The position numbers were made by a program, and so were the translations under genes. The notes beneath the pieces are model-generated. The model was given only the letters and a program-made list of their open reading frames with translations. It was not told where the DNA came from and made no database searches. From a virus: a stretch of 64,000 nt of DNA. The stretch spans positions 7,275 to 71,274 of IMG/VR virus record IMGVR_UViG_3300017971_000280. One strand, 5' to 3'. This document shows positions 46,419-55,252 of this stretch, piece by piece (position 1 is the stretch's first letter; the number at the start of each line of letters is the position of its first letter).

Positions 46419-48518
46419 ATGCCAACATTAATAATAGAAACTATACCAGAAGTTCCAGCGAATCGAAATTGGCAACTAAATTATACTATAAATCCTGGTG
46501 GCTCAATGGATTTGGTGAGAGATAATGCCACAGGTACAGAGGGTACAGGAATAGGAGTTGTTCAATGTGCTAAAGGTACTGCCGCATCACCACCATTTTA
46601 TTTTTGGACATTAGCACGTAGTATACTTTGGTTTGACTTATCTGCTTATCCAACACCCCCAGGGGTTGTACAATCAGTCAAGATAAGACTTATGAAAGCC
46701 ACTATTGGTGTATACTATGGTGCAGATTGGGCAAATGATAGTCTTTACGCATTGGATGATGAAGGTAAAGTTCCCACTCAAGCTGATTTAACAAGTGACG
46801 ATTACGGTAAATGGAAGAGTAATAATACTGTCTTAGGTACTATGGCTGGTGTTGATTATGGTGGTGCTGATGCAGGAGGCTACTACATCTACATAACGTT
46901 GAACTCTGCTGGTATAGCTCACTTGAATTGGGGTGGTTTAACCGCTTTTGTATTGAGAACAGCAAAGGATGTTAATAACCTACAAACTCCATTAGAAACG
47001 ACTGGTGAAGCTATGTATGGTTATGATGGACCTACTCATGCTGACCCTCCCGCATTGGTTATCGAGCATTCGGGGCAACCATATTCTGAGTTTAAAGGTC
47101 TATTCTGTCGTGGTGACGAAATTCAAGCAGTTTTTGCAGATGGAAGGGGTTATAGGAGTCCAGATTTTGGAGCAAATTGGTATGCTATGGAAGGTGAACC
47201 AATAACAACAAGAGATGTGGGATTCGATATTCTAAATGAAGAGGAGTCATTCCTTGGTGCTAGTGGACAACTATATCCATTTTTGAGTGCGGCGGGTGAG
47301 ATTTTTACCTATGCGGCAGGAGCTACAGTTAGTGGTGAGGTAACTAGGATTGATGTAGATTGGGATTCTAAGATTGCAGTTGTTGGTACAAGCGAAAAAT
47401 TATACAAGACTCCCGATTTTGGTACGACTGTTTATGAGTACTTGGATAAACCAGTTACCGATGTAGCTTTAGGTGGTAATGAGGTAGCTTTGTATGAAGA
47501 CCCACCAACGAGTGGTTATATCCTTTCGGTTAATGGGGACTGCGACATCTATTACAAGAGTGGCTTTTATGGTTGGAGAGGTCAACCCGACCAACCAACA
47601 GGTTCTTATTGGTTGAACGTTCGTTACAGGAACACAGAGTGGTATCCTAATACTTGGGGATATTTTGCTGGTACTTTCTTATGGAATGATATGAACTTGG
47701 TTACTATCCAAGCCACTTTCACAATGGAAAATCTACCTACAAGTGGATATGCTATTTGTAGTTCTCGTGGAATTGCTGAGGTTAGAGTTCTTAATTATTG
47801 TGGTAGGAGTGCTTATCCTTATGGTCATATGCAGTATGATGTTAAAACTCATGGTGTTCATTATGTGACCGATGAGGATAGTCTTCCTGCTAGTAAGATT
47901 GACCTTAGAGCGGCAGGTATGACTAAGAACCCTAACACTGGACTTGGTTGGACTGCGGACGAAGTTGATGCTATGTGTGCTGGTTGTTATGCTGGTGATG
48001 TGGCAAGCTTTGGTACAGCCGCTCTCGACCAAGTACTTGTTGAGGTTTATCCAGAAGGAGATGGTGTTGATATTGTTGGAGCAACTCCTATAGATAGATA
48101 CGAAGCTCTAGGTTTGGGTAATACACTTCTAAGTCTCGCTCACCCTGCTCCTGCTGATGGTTATGTTCGTAAAGTACAGATTTATCTATATACTGAATGT
48201 ACTAATATTAAAGTTGCTACCTTCTTTAATGTGAGTGGAAATAACTACTCAACGAGAAGTTGGCAAGCATTAACGGGAACATACAGTGCTGGATTCCATA
48301 CACTGAGTGTTAACTTGGAGTGTAGCACTGGAGATTTGATTGGTATTTTCAGCGATGGTATGATTGAAGCTGACGCTACTTGGAATGCCCTTAATATAGG
48401 AGCTTGGAAGGCAGTTGCAGGTGGAGACAAAATTCCTTGTACCAATGAGGAATTTGAAAATGCTAAAACTCAGTTGAACGATATGCTTATATCAATTAGA
48501 GGAATAATTTATCACTAA
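46419..48518 (+). CDS. Multi-domain virion tail / receptor-binding protein
   Basis: RS.L.FDLS pattern, SPDFG repeats, NPNTG.GWT. Confidence 0.55.
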   Translation: MPTLIIETIPEVPANRNWQLNYTINPGGSMDLVRDNATGTEGTGIGVVQCAKGTAASPPFYFWTLARSILWFDLSAYPTPPGVVQSVKIRLMKATIGVYYGADWANDSLYALDDEGKVPTQADLTSDDYGKWKSNNTVLGTMAGVDYGGADAGGYYIYITLNSAGIAHLNWGGLTAFVLRTAKDVNNLQTPLETTGEAMYGYDGPTHADPPALVIEHSGQPYSEFKGLFCRGDEIQAVFADGRGYRSPDFGANWYAMEGEPITTRDVGFDILNEEESFLGASGQLYPFLSAAGEIFTYAAGATVSGEVTRIDVDWDSKIAVVGTSEKLYKTPDFGTTVYEYLDKPVTDVALGGNEVALYEDPPTSGYILSVNGDCDIYYKSGFYGWRGQPDQPTGSYWLNVRYRNTEWYPNTWGYFAGTFLWNDMNLVTIQATFTMENLPTSGYAICSSRGIAEVRVLNYCGRSAYPYGHMQYDVKTHGVHYVTDEDSLPASKIDLRAAGMTKNPNTGLGWTADEVDAMCAGCYAGDVASFGTAALDQVLVEVYPEGDGVDIVGATPIDRYEALGLGNTLLSLAHPAPADGYVRKVQIYLYTECTNIKVATFFNVSGNNYSTRSWQALTGTYSAGFHTLSVNLECSTGDLIGIFSDGMIEADATWNALNIGAWKAVAGGDKIPCTNEEFENAKTQLNDMLISIRGIIYH

Positions 48519-50041
48519 TGGGAATTACAAGACGAGAAGCCAAAGAAATTGTTGATTGGGTTATCCAAGAGATAATGAGACGTAGGTTTCCCTATGTTAC
48601 TGATGGGAAATTAGATTTAAGTAAATCTCCTGTTGGAACTGTCTCTGGAACTCAAACTTCTGGTGGTCCTATTGCTGAAAGTGCAATATGGGACCGTCAT
48701 GTAGCTCCTGATGCCGATATTAGGGGAACTAAAATAAGAGTAGCCACAACCGCAGAACGTGGTACTGTTCAACTTGGGACTGAGGGTGAGGCTCTAGTTC
48801 CTACTATGTCTGGTTTACTCTCTACTGTTAGTGGTCTTGGTGCTAGTTTAGTTGGTATTTATGATGGTGAGGGAGAATTTGTTAGTGAAGACGTTGAATC
48901 AGCCTTACATGAATTATTTGCGATTATTGGAGCTTTAACATTTGTAGACTTAACAGATACGCCTAGCAATTATACAAATAGATACCCACAAGTTCCAACC
49001 ATCATTGCTAGTGAAGCTGGTTTAGAGTGGAGACCAGTAGATTACTATGATGGTGAGAGTGTTCTTACTACCGTCTCTGGTGCTGTTACTATAAGGCGTG
49101 AGAAAGCGATTGATGCTGAATCTGCTACGATGGACAACATTCTTGATGGTGGTCTTGCGACTGATGTTGATGAAATTGAGCATGTTAACGGTCTTGGTGG
49201 TGAGGTTACAATAGTTGGTGGTGGAATAAATGTTGTTAGTTTGGTTGGGCAGAGCATAGTAATAACTGCTACGGAAACTCCAGATGTATCATCTTTAAAT
49301 GGATTAGTGAATGATGTTCTAATATCTGGTCAAGGATTAGTAGGTGTTAGTGAGGTAGGTCAGACAATTGTTCTAAATGTTGATAATCTTCCTGATGTTG
49401 ATTCTCTTAATGGACTTACTGGAGTCGTAGTCTTGTCTGGTGAGGGAACAGTTCATATTAGTGAAGATGGACAAATCATAGTTATCTCTGGTTCAGATGA
49501 ACCTTATCGTTCTTATTGGGATGACCTTCGTACACCTGTTAATATGTTAAAGTTCAGTGATACCAAACCTCCAGTATGGACATCTTACAAAGGTGGTTAT
49601 GTTGCGGCTTTTGAAGACCAAGCTGTTAACTATCAATCATTATATTGGGCATGGCAGTTGCCCCACGAATGGGAAATAGGAACTGCTGTTGTTCCACATA
49701 TCCACATTGTCCCTGAAGACGGTGGTGCGGGAAATGTTCATTGGGAATTTACGTATTCTATCGCTAAAAAAGGTGCTACTTTCCCCGTAGAAAGTACTAT
49801 ACATATCACACAAGCGATGCCAGAACAAGCAGATGAGCACACCTACTTTGAACTTGTAACTATTAGTGGAGTAGAGCTTGGCACTGATCCAGAAGACATA
49901 TCAACTATGTTGTTGTGTAGTTTATCTCGTAGGTCAGACCAACCAGAAGATACGTACGCTGGTAAAGATGTGTATTTGCTTGAGGTGGATATGCACTATT
50001 TGAAAGATTCGTGGGGAAGTCGCTTAGAGTTAAGTAAGTAG
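48518..50041 (+). CDS. Tail fibre-like protein
   Basis: Repeated SLNGLTG.V and L.DTP fibre motifs. Confidence 0.65.
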   Translation: MGITRREAKEIVDWVIQEIMRRRFPYVTDGKLDLSKSPVGTVSGTQTSGGPIAESAIWDRHVAPDADIRGTKIRVATTAERGTVQLGTEGEALVPTMSGLLSTVSGLGASLVGIYDGEGEFVSEDVESALHELFAIIGALTFVDLTDTPSNYTNRYPQVPTIIASEAGLEWRPVDYYDGESVLTTVSGAVTIRREKAIDAESATMDNILDGGLATDVDEIEHVNGLGGEVTIVGGGINVVSLVGQSIVITATETPDVSSLNGLVNDVLISGQGLVGVSEVGQTIVLNVDNLPDVDSLNGLTGVVVLSGEGTVHISEDGQIIVISGSDEPYRSYWDDLRTPVNMLKFSDTKPPVWTSYKGGYVAAFEDQAVNYQSLYWAWQLPHEWEIGTAVVPHIHIVPEDGGAGNVHWEFTYSIAKKGATFPVESTIHITQAMPEQADEHTYFELVTISGVELGTDPEDISTMLLCSLSRRSDQPEDTYAGKDVYLLEVDMHYLKDSWGSRLELSK

Positions 50042-50049
50042 GTGAAATT

Positions 50050-50925
50050 ATGGCAACAAAAATATATTTAAGAAGAGGAACACGTACCGAGATTTTGGCT
50101 ATTGTTCCTGAAAGTGGTGAACCAGTTTGGGCTACAGATATTAAAAAGTTGTATATAGGTGATGATACAACCTCTGGTGGTATTTACGTTGGTGGTTTGG
50201 CAGGTCAAGTAGAATCTCTTAATGGGTTAACTGGTGTAGTTACAGTTTCGGGAATAAACGGTATAACTGTATATGAAGATGGACAAGTCATAGTTGTTTC
50301 AGGATATGATGAGTTTATTGAACTTTTGGATACGCCTGCCAGTTATGCGGGGGAAGGTGGAAAATTTGTTAGAGTAAATGCCACTGAAGATGGAGTAGAA
50401 TTTGTAGCCGAGACCAGTGCTTTTACTGGTTTAACAGACACACCAGCCAGTTTTTCTGGTTCATCAAGAAAAGTTGTTGCCGTTAATGCTGGTGAGTCCG
50501 CTTTAGAGTTTATCAAGAGAATAAATGTTGAGGAAGAATTAACATCAGACCATGACTATGCTGGTTTAGTATGTAGTGGTGTTGCGGGTGAAGAATTGGT
50601 ATTTGGTGAAGTAGCTTACTTTGCAAGTGATTTGACATGGTATAAAACAGATGCAGACGAATACAATAAAACTGCTGGTCATATAGCCATAGTTGGTTCA
50701 GGAGCGGGTGCGGCAGGCGTACTAGAGTTATTGTTACTTGGGTATATAAGAGATGATAGTTGGTCTTTCAATCCAGCAAGCGGTTTGTTTGTATCTACCA
50801 CTGCTGGAGATATGACAACAACTCCACCACCTGCGGCTGGTGATTTCATCAGGAGAGCAGGGTATGTCCACAAGGCAACTATTGTTTACTTCTGTCCTGA
50901 CGGTACGGTATTAGAGAGGAGTTAA
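50050..50925 (+). CDS. Fibre protein with Mtd-N-like amino terminus
   Basis: KIYLRRGT....P..GEP.W.TD.KKLYIGD; L.DTPAS repeats. Confidence 0.65.
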   Translation: MATKIYLRRGTRTEILAIVPESGEPVWATDIKKLYIGDDTTSGGIYVGGLAGQVESLNGLTGVVTVSGINGITVYEDGQVIVVSGYDEFIELLDTPASYAGEGGKFVRVNATEDGVEFVAETSAFTGLTDTPASFSGSSRKVVAVNAGESALEFIKRINVEEELTSDHDYAGLVCSGVAGEELVFGEVAYFASDLTWYKTDADEYNKTAGHIAIVGSGAGAAGVLELLLLGYIRDDSWSFNPASGLFVSTTAGDMTTTPPPAAGDFIRRAGYVHKATIVYFCPDGTVLERS

Positions 50926-50926
50926 A

Positions 50927-51946
50927 ATGCCTACAACTACATTCAATAAGTGTGTTGGACACGATGATAGACAAAATATAACTGCGGGTGTTACTGCTAA
51001 TGAGTGGCACACAGAGGATATGACTGCTTATGGTGTACCTGCGGGTGCGGCTGGTGCTATACTAGAATTTACGACTAGCTCTGGTTCTACCTCTAACTTA
51101 TGTGGTGTAAGACATCCAGATTCTAGCGGAAATTATAGAAATTATATTTACACTAATTCTCATGTCTGGCTTATTGCCCCTTTAGATGCTTCTGGTAATG
51201 CGGAGATTTGGAGGTCATCTGCTCTTAGTGTTTATGTACATGGTTATATTGCGGCAGATGGTGGTGTTACACTCACAGAAAGAGTTACTAAGTCAATGAC
51301 TGATGAGTATACTTGGGAAGACATTGATTGTTCTGCTCAAGCTCCTGGAGCAGTAGCACTTATCTTTGAAGCTGAGACCTCTTATCCAAATGCTGGTACT
51401 ATTGGTTATAGAAAGAAAGGGTCTACTGACACGTATACTGGTTCTCTTAGGTATCACATGGGATTTATTGTTGCTTGCGATAGCAACCAAATTTGCCAGA
51501 TTTATAGACAGAGTTCAGTGTCCGTTTATCTAATAGGTTATATTACAGAATCAGATGATACTCAGTTCAACATGCTTACAAATTGGTCTAACAAAACACC
51601 TCCTACTACTAATGAAACCGAGATGGATTGTTCAGATGTGAGTGTGGTAAATTCAACTTGGTTCTTTGTGTGTACACCAAGTGCTAATACTTTGGTTAGT
51701 GGAAGACCTGATTCGGATTATGGTTTTGATTACAAGGTTGCAAGCGGTCCTGAAGCACTCTATACTCCTTGTGCAGTTCTTAGAAGTTTCTTAGCAAGGA
51801 GAGCGGGTGGGGCGATATACTATGAAGGATGTGCGGCAGAACCACCAACAGGTCCAGGTATCACAAGCGTGGATGGTATAGTGGGAATTGCTAGTGTAGA
51901 CAATATTTCATGGGGTGGTTTGGCTACAATTGATGGTGTAGGATAG
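50927..51946 (+). CDS. Virion structural protein with two tandem related domains
   Basis: W...D....P.GA...I.E / G.R..(D/G)S occurs twice. Confidence 0.55.
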   Translation: MPTTTFNKCVGHDDRQNITAGVTANEWHTEDMTAYGVPAGAAGAILEFTTSSGSTSNLCGVRHPDSSGNYRNYIYTNSHVWLIAPLDASGNAEIWRSSALSVYVHGYIAADGGVTLTERVTKSMTDEYTWEDIDCSAQAPGAVALIFEAETSYPNAGTIGYRKKGSTDTYTGSLRYHMGFIVACDSNQICQIYRQSSVSVYLIGYITESDDTQFNMLTNWSNKTPPTTNETEMDCSDVSVVNSTWFFVCTPSANTLVSGRPDSDYGFDYKVASGPEALYTPCAVLRSFLARRAGGAIYYEGCAAEPPTGPGITSVDGIVGIASVDNISWGGLATIDGVG

Positions 51947-51961
51947 GGGAGGTAGAAAAAT

Positions 51962-52276
51962 ATGTTGAGGTTTTTGAGTTCGATGGCTAAACAAACAGAT
52001 ATTATTGACATTGTGGAGCTTACACCTGATGAGGTGATAGCAAAAATCAATTCCGCAACTGTTCCAGTAACTAGGGCTAATGCTATAGATGCTCAAACTA
52101 TCTTTGACTGGCAGGATGTCATCTTTGCATTGAGAGATGCTTGGAGGGGCAAACCTGAAAGGGATAGAGGAGTCATTTTTAGCGAACCTGTTAGTGGTCA
52201 AATGGTGGTAATTGATATACATAAGAGGGCAGATGGTCAATATGAATTTACTTATGATGATGAACCTATAGTGTAA
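51962..52276 (+). CDS. Hypothetical protein
   Basis: GGAGGT SD; ORF track. Confidence 0.65.
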   Translation: MLRFLSSMAKQTDIIDIVELTPDEVIAKINSATVPVTRANAIDAQTIFDWQDVIFALRDAWRGKPERDRGVIFSEPVSGQMVVIDIHKRADGQYEFTYDDEPIV

Positions 52277-52305
52277 ATTAATAACTTGACTTTCTTGGGG
52301 GCGAC

Positions 52306-52788
52306 ATGGCAAGGGACGTGTTAAATAACATTGATAAGGTACGTAGCCCCGAAGATGCTAGTAGTCATAAAGTCAGTGTAAAGTATGTCTTCAATCCAGA
52401 GACAGGGGAGTTTTATCCAGAGAGTAGTGACTTGTATTCTGGTACTCCAGTACTTCATAGGGAAAACGTCACTCAAGTGGATACTGGAAGTCCTGATATT
52501 ACTGCTGGATTAGACTGTTTAGGTTGGAAACGTTGTAGATTTGATGTCAGCGTTGTTGGAGAAAATATCACCCTGTTAAAAGTTGGAGTTCTAAGATGGA
52601 ATACTACTACTTCGGGTTGGTTTTATCCTAGTACAACGTTGGATTTAACTGATAGTGAATGTTTTACAATTAGTGGTGGAGATATATGCTTAATAGAGGA
52701 CGAGGCATTCGGGGCTACGATTTTCTTGAAGGTTTTTGATTTTCAGGGGTCAAACTTTTGCCTAAATTGTTGGGCAATTCTGTGCTAG
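52306..52788 (+). CDS. Hypothetical protein, probably structural
   Basis: ORF track. Confidence 0.65.
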   Translation: MARDVLNNIDKVRSPEDASSHKVSVKYVFNPETGEFYPESSDLYSGTPVLHRENVTQVDTGSPDITAGLDCLGWKRCRFDVSVVGENITLLKVGVLRWNTTTSGWFYPSTTLDLTDSECFTISGGDICLIEDEAFGATIFLKVFDFQGSNFCLNCWAILC

Positions 52789-52792
52789 GGGC

Positions 52793-52821
52793 TTGACAAC
52801 TCGGCTTTCGTATGGTATAAT
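52793..52821 (+). promoter_or_regulatory. sigma70-type promoter, class B
   Basis: TTGACA-17-TATAAT with TG extension. Confidence 0.88.
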
Positions 52822-52899
52822 GTTAGTAGAGGAATAAGAAAGGTTTGGTAAGGAATGGAAAAGACAATAGAAAACTTATTCCTAAGCCACAAAAAAGGC

Positions 52900-52928
52900 T
52901 TGACATCTAGCCGTTTGTGTGGTATAAT
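52900..52928 (+). promoter_or_regulatory. sigma70-type promoter, class B, tandem copy
   Basis: TTGACA-17-TATAAT with TG extension, upstream of the replication operon. Confidence 0.88.
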
Positions 52929-52960
52929 TAAAATAGAAAGTAAAAAAGGAGAGTCTTAAA

Positions 52961-53731
52961 ATGAGTGAATTTGGAAAAACACTAGATGAGAGTGAAAAGA
53001 GAACAACTACAAGAGCTAGGTATGGTTCTGACTTTGTGAAGATTACAAGCGACCATCAAACAGTAATTAGAGTGCTTGATGGTAAGCCAGAAGTGAATTG
53101 GTCTCACTTCGTACCAAAGGGACATCACGCCTTCCCTAATGCAAATGCGGGAAAGGGGATGTCTTTTATGTGCCCAGGATGGGATGATTGCCCTATATGT
53201 GCATGGAATAGAGCACAAAAGAAGGCTGACCCAAAGACCAAGGATACCTTGAATGCTAGAAAGCTATACACGTTCAATGTACTCGATAGAACCCCTGTTG
53301 TTTTTTGTCCTAGCTGTGAAGCTGAACATTACGAGGGTGGTGGTTCTTATCCAACCGAGTGTGAATGTGGAGCAGACTTGTCTGAGGTAGAAGCAAAACC
53401 TCGCAACAAAATCCAAATCATGCAAAAAGGTAAGAGAATTGTAGACCAATTCAAATCTTTTGAAGAAGAACCCGAATTGGGTGACCTGAAAGATTATGAC
53501 ATCAAACTAGACACAAGAGGAAAAGGTAGCGAGTCAATGACTACTTGTGTTCCTAAGCAGAAGACTGAGCTTAACATGGCTGAAGCTGTCGGTGAAGATT
53601 GGGAAGACAAGATGTATGACATTAAACAGGTTACTTCACCTCTACCTCCTGATGTTATTAAGAGAATTCTTGAAGGTGAAGACTACTATACCGTTTTAAG
53701 TTCCAAGAAAGACGAAGAAAAGACTTCATAG
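52961..53731 (+). CDS. Probable single-stranded DNA-binding protein (gp32-like) with zinc insert
   Basis: IRVLD...HF...CP..DCPIC...FNVLDR...YDIK; first gene of the replication module. Confidence 0.65.
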   Translation: MSEFGKTLDESEKRTTTRARYGSDFVKITSDHQTVIRVLDGKPEVNWSHFVPKGHHAFPNANAGKGMSFMCPGWDDCPICAWNRAQKKADPKTKDTLNARKLYTFNVLDRTPVVFCPSCEAEHYEGGGSYPTECECGADLSEVEAKPRNKIQIMQKGKRIVDQFKSFEEEPELGDLKDYDIKLDTRGKGSESMTTCVPKQKTELNMAEAVGEDWEDKMYDIKQVTSPLPPDVIKRILEGEDYYTVLSSKKDEEKTS

Positions 53732-53751
53732 TTTAACTGGAGATACCGAAT

Positions 53752-54273
53752 ATGAGCGATATTGAAGATAACGCTCGTAACCTAACATGGTGGTGGGTAC
53801 AGTTAGATTTGAGTAGGGATTGGAACTCAATGCCACGTAAGATGCGAGAAGAATTACGTGACAAGTTCCAGCAGGTCTTTCTTGCTCTCGCTGATTTTAA
53901 CATTACAAAGCAAGAGATAACGGACTTAATCATTGCAACTGACCCACCCACTGTGTGGGAAGCGATGCTGGCTTTACGTGGACTCCCAAATTTAAAGAAA
54001 AAGAATCGGTGGGAAATCCTTGCCTATTTGAATAAGGTAGTCACAAATATATGGAAGTTACAGCATCCGCTAGAGCAACCAACGTGGCAACCTGCACCCA
54101 AACCAGAGAAAAGAAAAAGACCTGCTTCTTTGGAGACTATTGAAAAGTGGGACTCAAGGAATTTTAAGAAGCGACATTGTGATGGTTGTGGAAAGTTGTT
54201 GCGTGGAGATAATGGAACAGGTTTGTGTAGAACCTGTCAGAGACAAAGGAATGGAAAGGACATTGAACATTAG
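53752..54273 (+). CDS. Hypothetical protein with C-terminal zinc finger
   Basis: CDGCG...GLCRTC. Confidence 0.65.
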   Translation: MSDIEDNARNLTWWWVQLDLSRDWNSMPRKMREELRDKFQQVFLALADFNITKQEITDLIIATDPPTVWEAMLALRGLPNLKKKNRWEILAYLNKVVTNIWKLQHPLEQPTWQPAPKPEKRKRPASLETIEKWDSRNFKKRHCDGCGKLLRGDNGTGLCRTCQRQRNGKDIEH

Positions 54274-55252
54274 TATTGCTTTAGTTGACGATTTAAAAAT
54301 ACGTCAACGTAGAGAGCATGAGATACTCGGAGTTTGTCCCGTCTGCGGGTGTGATGATGCTAACTTTAACACAGCTAAATTGATGTGGAGATGTTGGCAT
54401 TGTCCTGCTAAGGGTATAATAATCCCCGAAGAGGGTTATGAGGTGCAAGAGGTTGAGGTTGTACAGTTAGACGTTCCCAAGGTACGAGAACTCTATACAA
54501 ATATCTCTGATAAATACCACGATACCTTGACTCAACCAGCTTTGGATTACTTAAAAGCTAGAGGACTAACACAACAGACGATTGACGAGTTTAAATTGGG
54601 GTTCTGTTCTACAGAATTCTATGATGAGTATGCTAACAAACTAGCTGAAGATGCTGGACTTGTTTACCAAAATTATCCTGTGCTCTCAAATCGAATTACT
54701 ATCCCCTACATTGTTAATGGTGAAACCACAGACTTGAGAGGGAGAACACTTGAAACTGTTTTTAAGTATAAAGACAAGACTCCAACTTATATAAGTTTAG
54801 CTGGTAATCATTCTTCTAGGGGAGCAACTTTCCTTTTTAATCATGATGTAATAGATAAAAATGATACTATCATTTTAACTGAGGGAGAATTTAAGGCAAT
54901 CGTAGCACACCAACATGGTTTTGCCATTGTGGCAACTCCAGGTATTTTTGGATGGCAAAAAGAGTGGTCACAATTGTTACAGGACAAGAAAGTTATTTTA
55001 GCGGCTGACTTTGATAGAGTTGTGGGTCTTCGTTCTCCTGCATATTTGATGGCTAAAATGCTCTCAAAAGAGTTACCCAATCTGAAAGTAGCGTTACTAG
55101 GGGTTGCACGTCATACTACTAAAGGTAAAATTGATATTGACTCACTGATAACTAATGGACACTTGAAGACCTTTGAGAGAGCAATAAAGGGAGCTATAGA
55201 TGTTAAATGGTGGTTAAAGAGAGAGGGAACTATAGGATATGGTAGAAGATAA
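54251..55252 (+). CDS. DNA primase (zinc finger plus TOPRIM)
   Basis: CPVC..CWHC, YLKARGL, RITIP, LTEGEFKA, ADFD. Confidence 0.88.
   Translation: MERTLNISIALVDDLKIRQRREHEILGVCPVCGCDDANFNTAKLMWRCWHCPAKGIIIPEEGYEVQEVEVVQLDVPKVRELYTNISDKYHDTLTQPALDYLKARGLTQQTIDEFKLGFCSTEFYDEYANKLAEDAGLVYQNYPVLSNRITIPYIVNGETTDLRGRTLETVFKYKDKTPTYISLAGNHSSRGATFLFNHDVIDKNDTIILTEGEFKAIVAHQHGFAIVATPGIFGWQKEWSQLLQDKKVILAADFDRVVGLRSPAYLMAKMLSKELPNLKVALLGVARHTTKGKIDIDSLITNGHLKTFERAIKGAIDVKWWLKREGTIGYGRR

Noticed and set aside
50050-50925. Diversity-generating retroelement suggested by the Mtd-like N-terminus
   Set aside because: No reverse transcriptase and no TR/VR pair differing at adenines seen in the window
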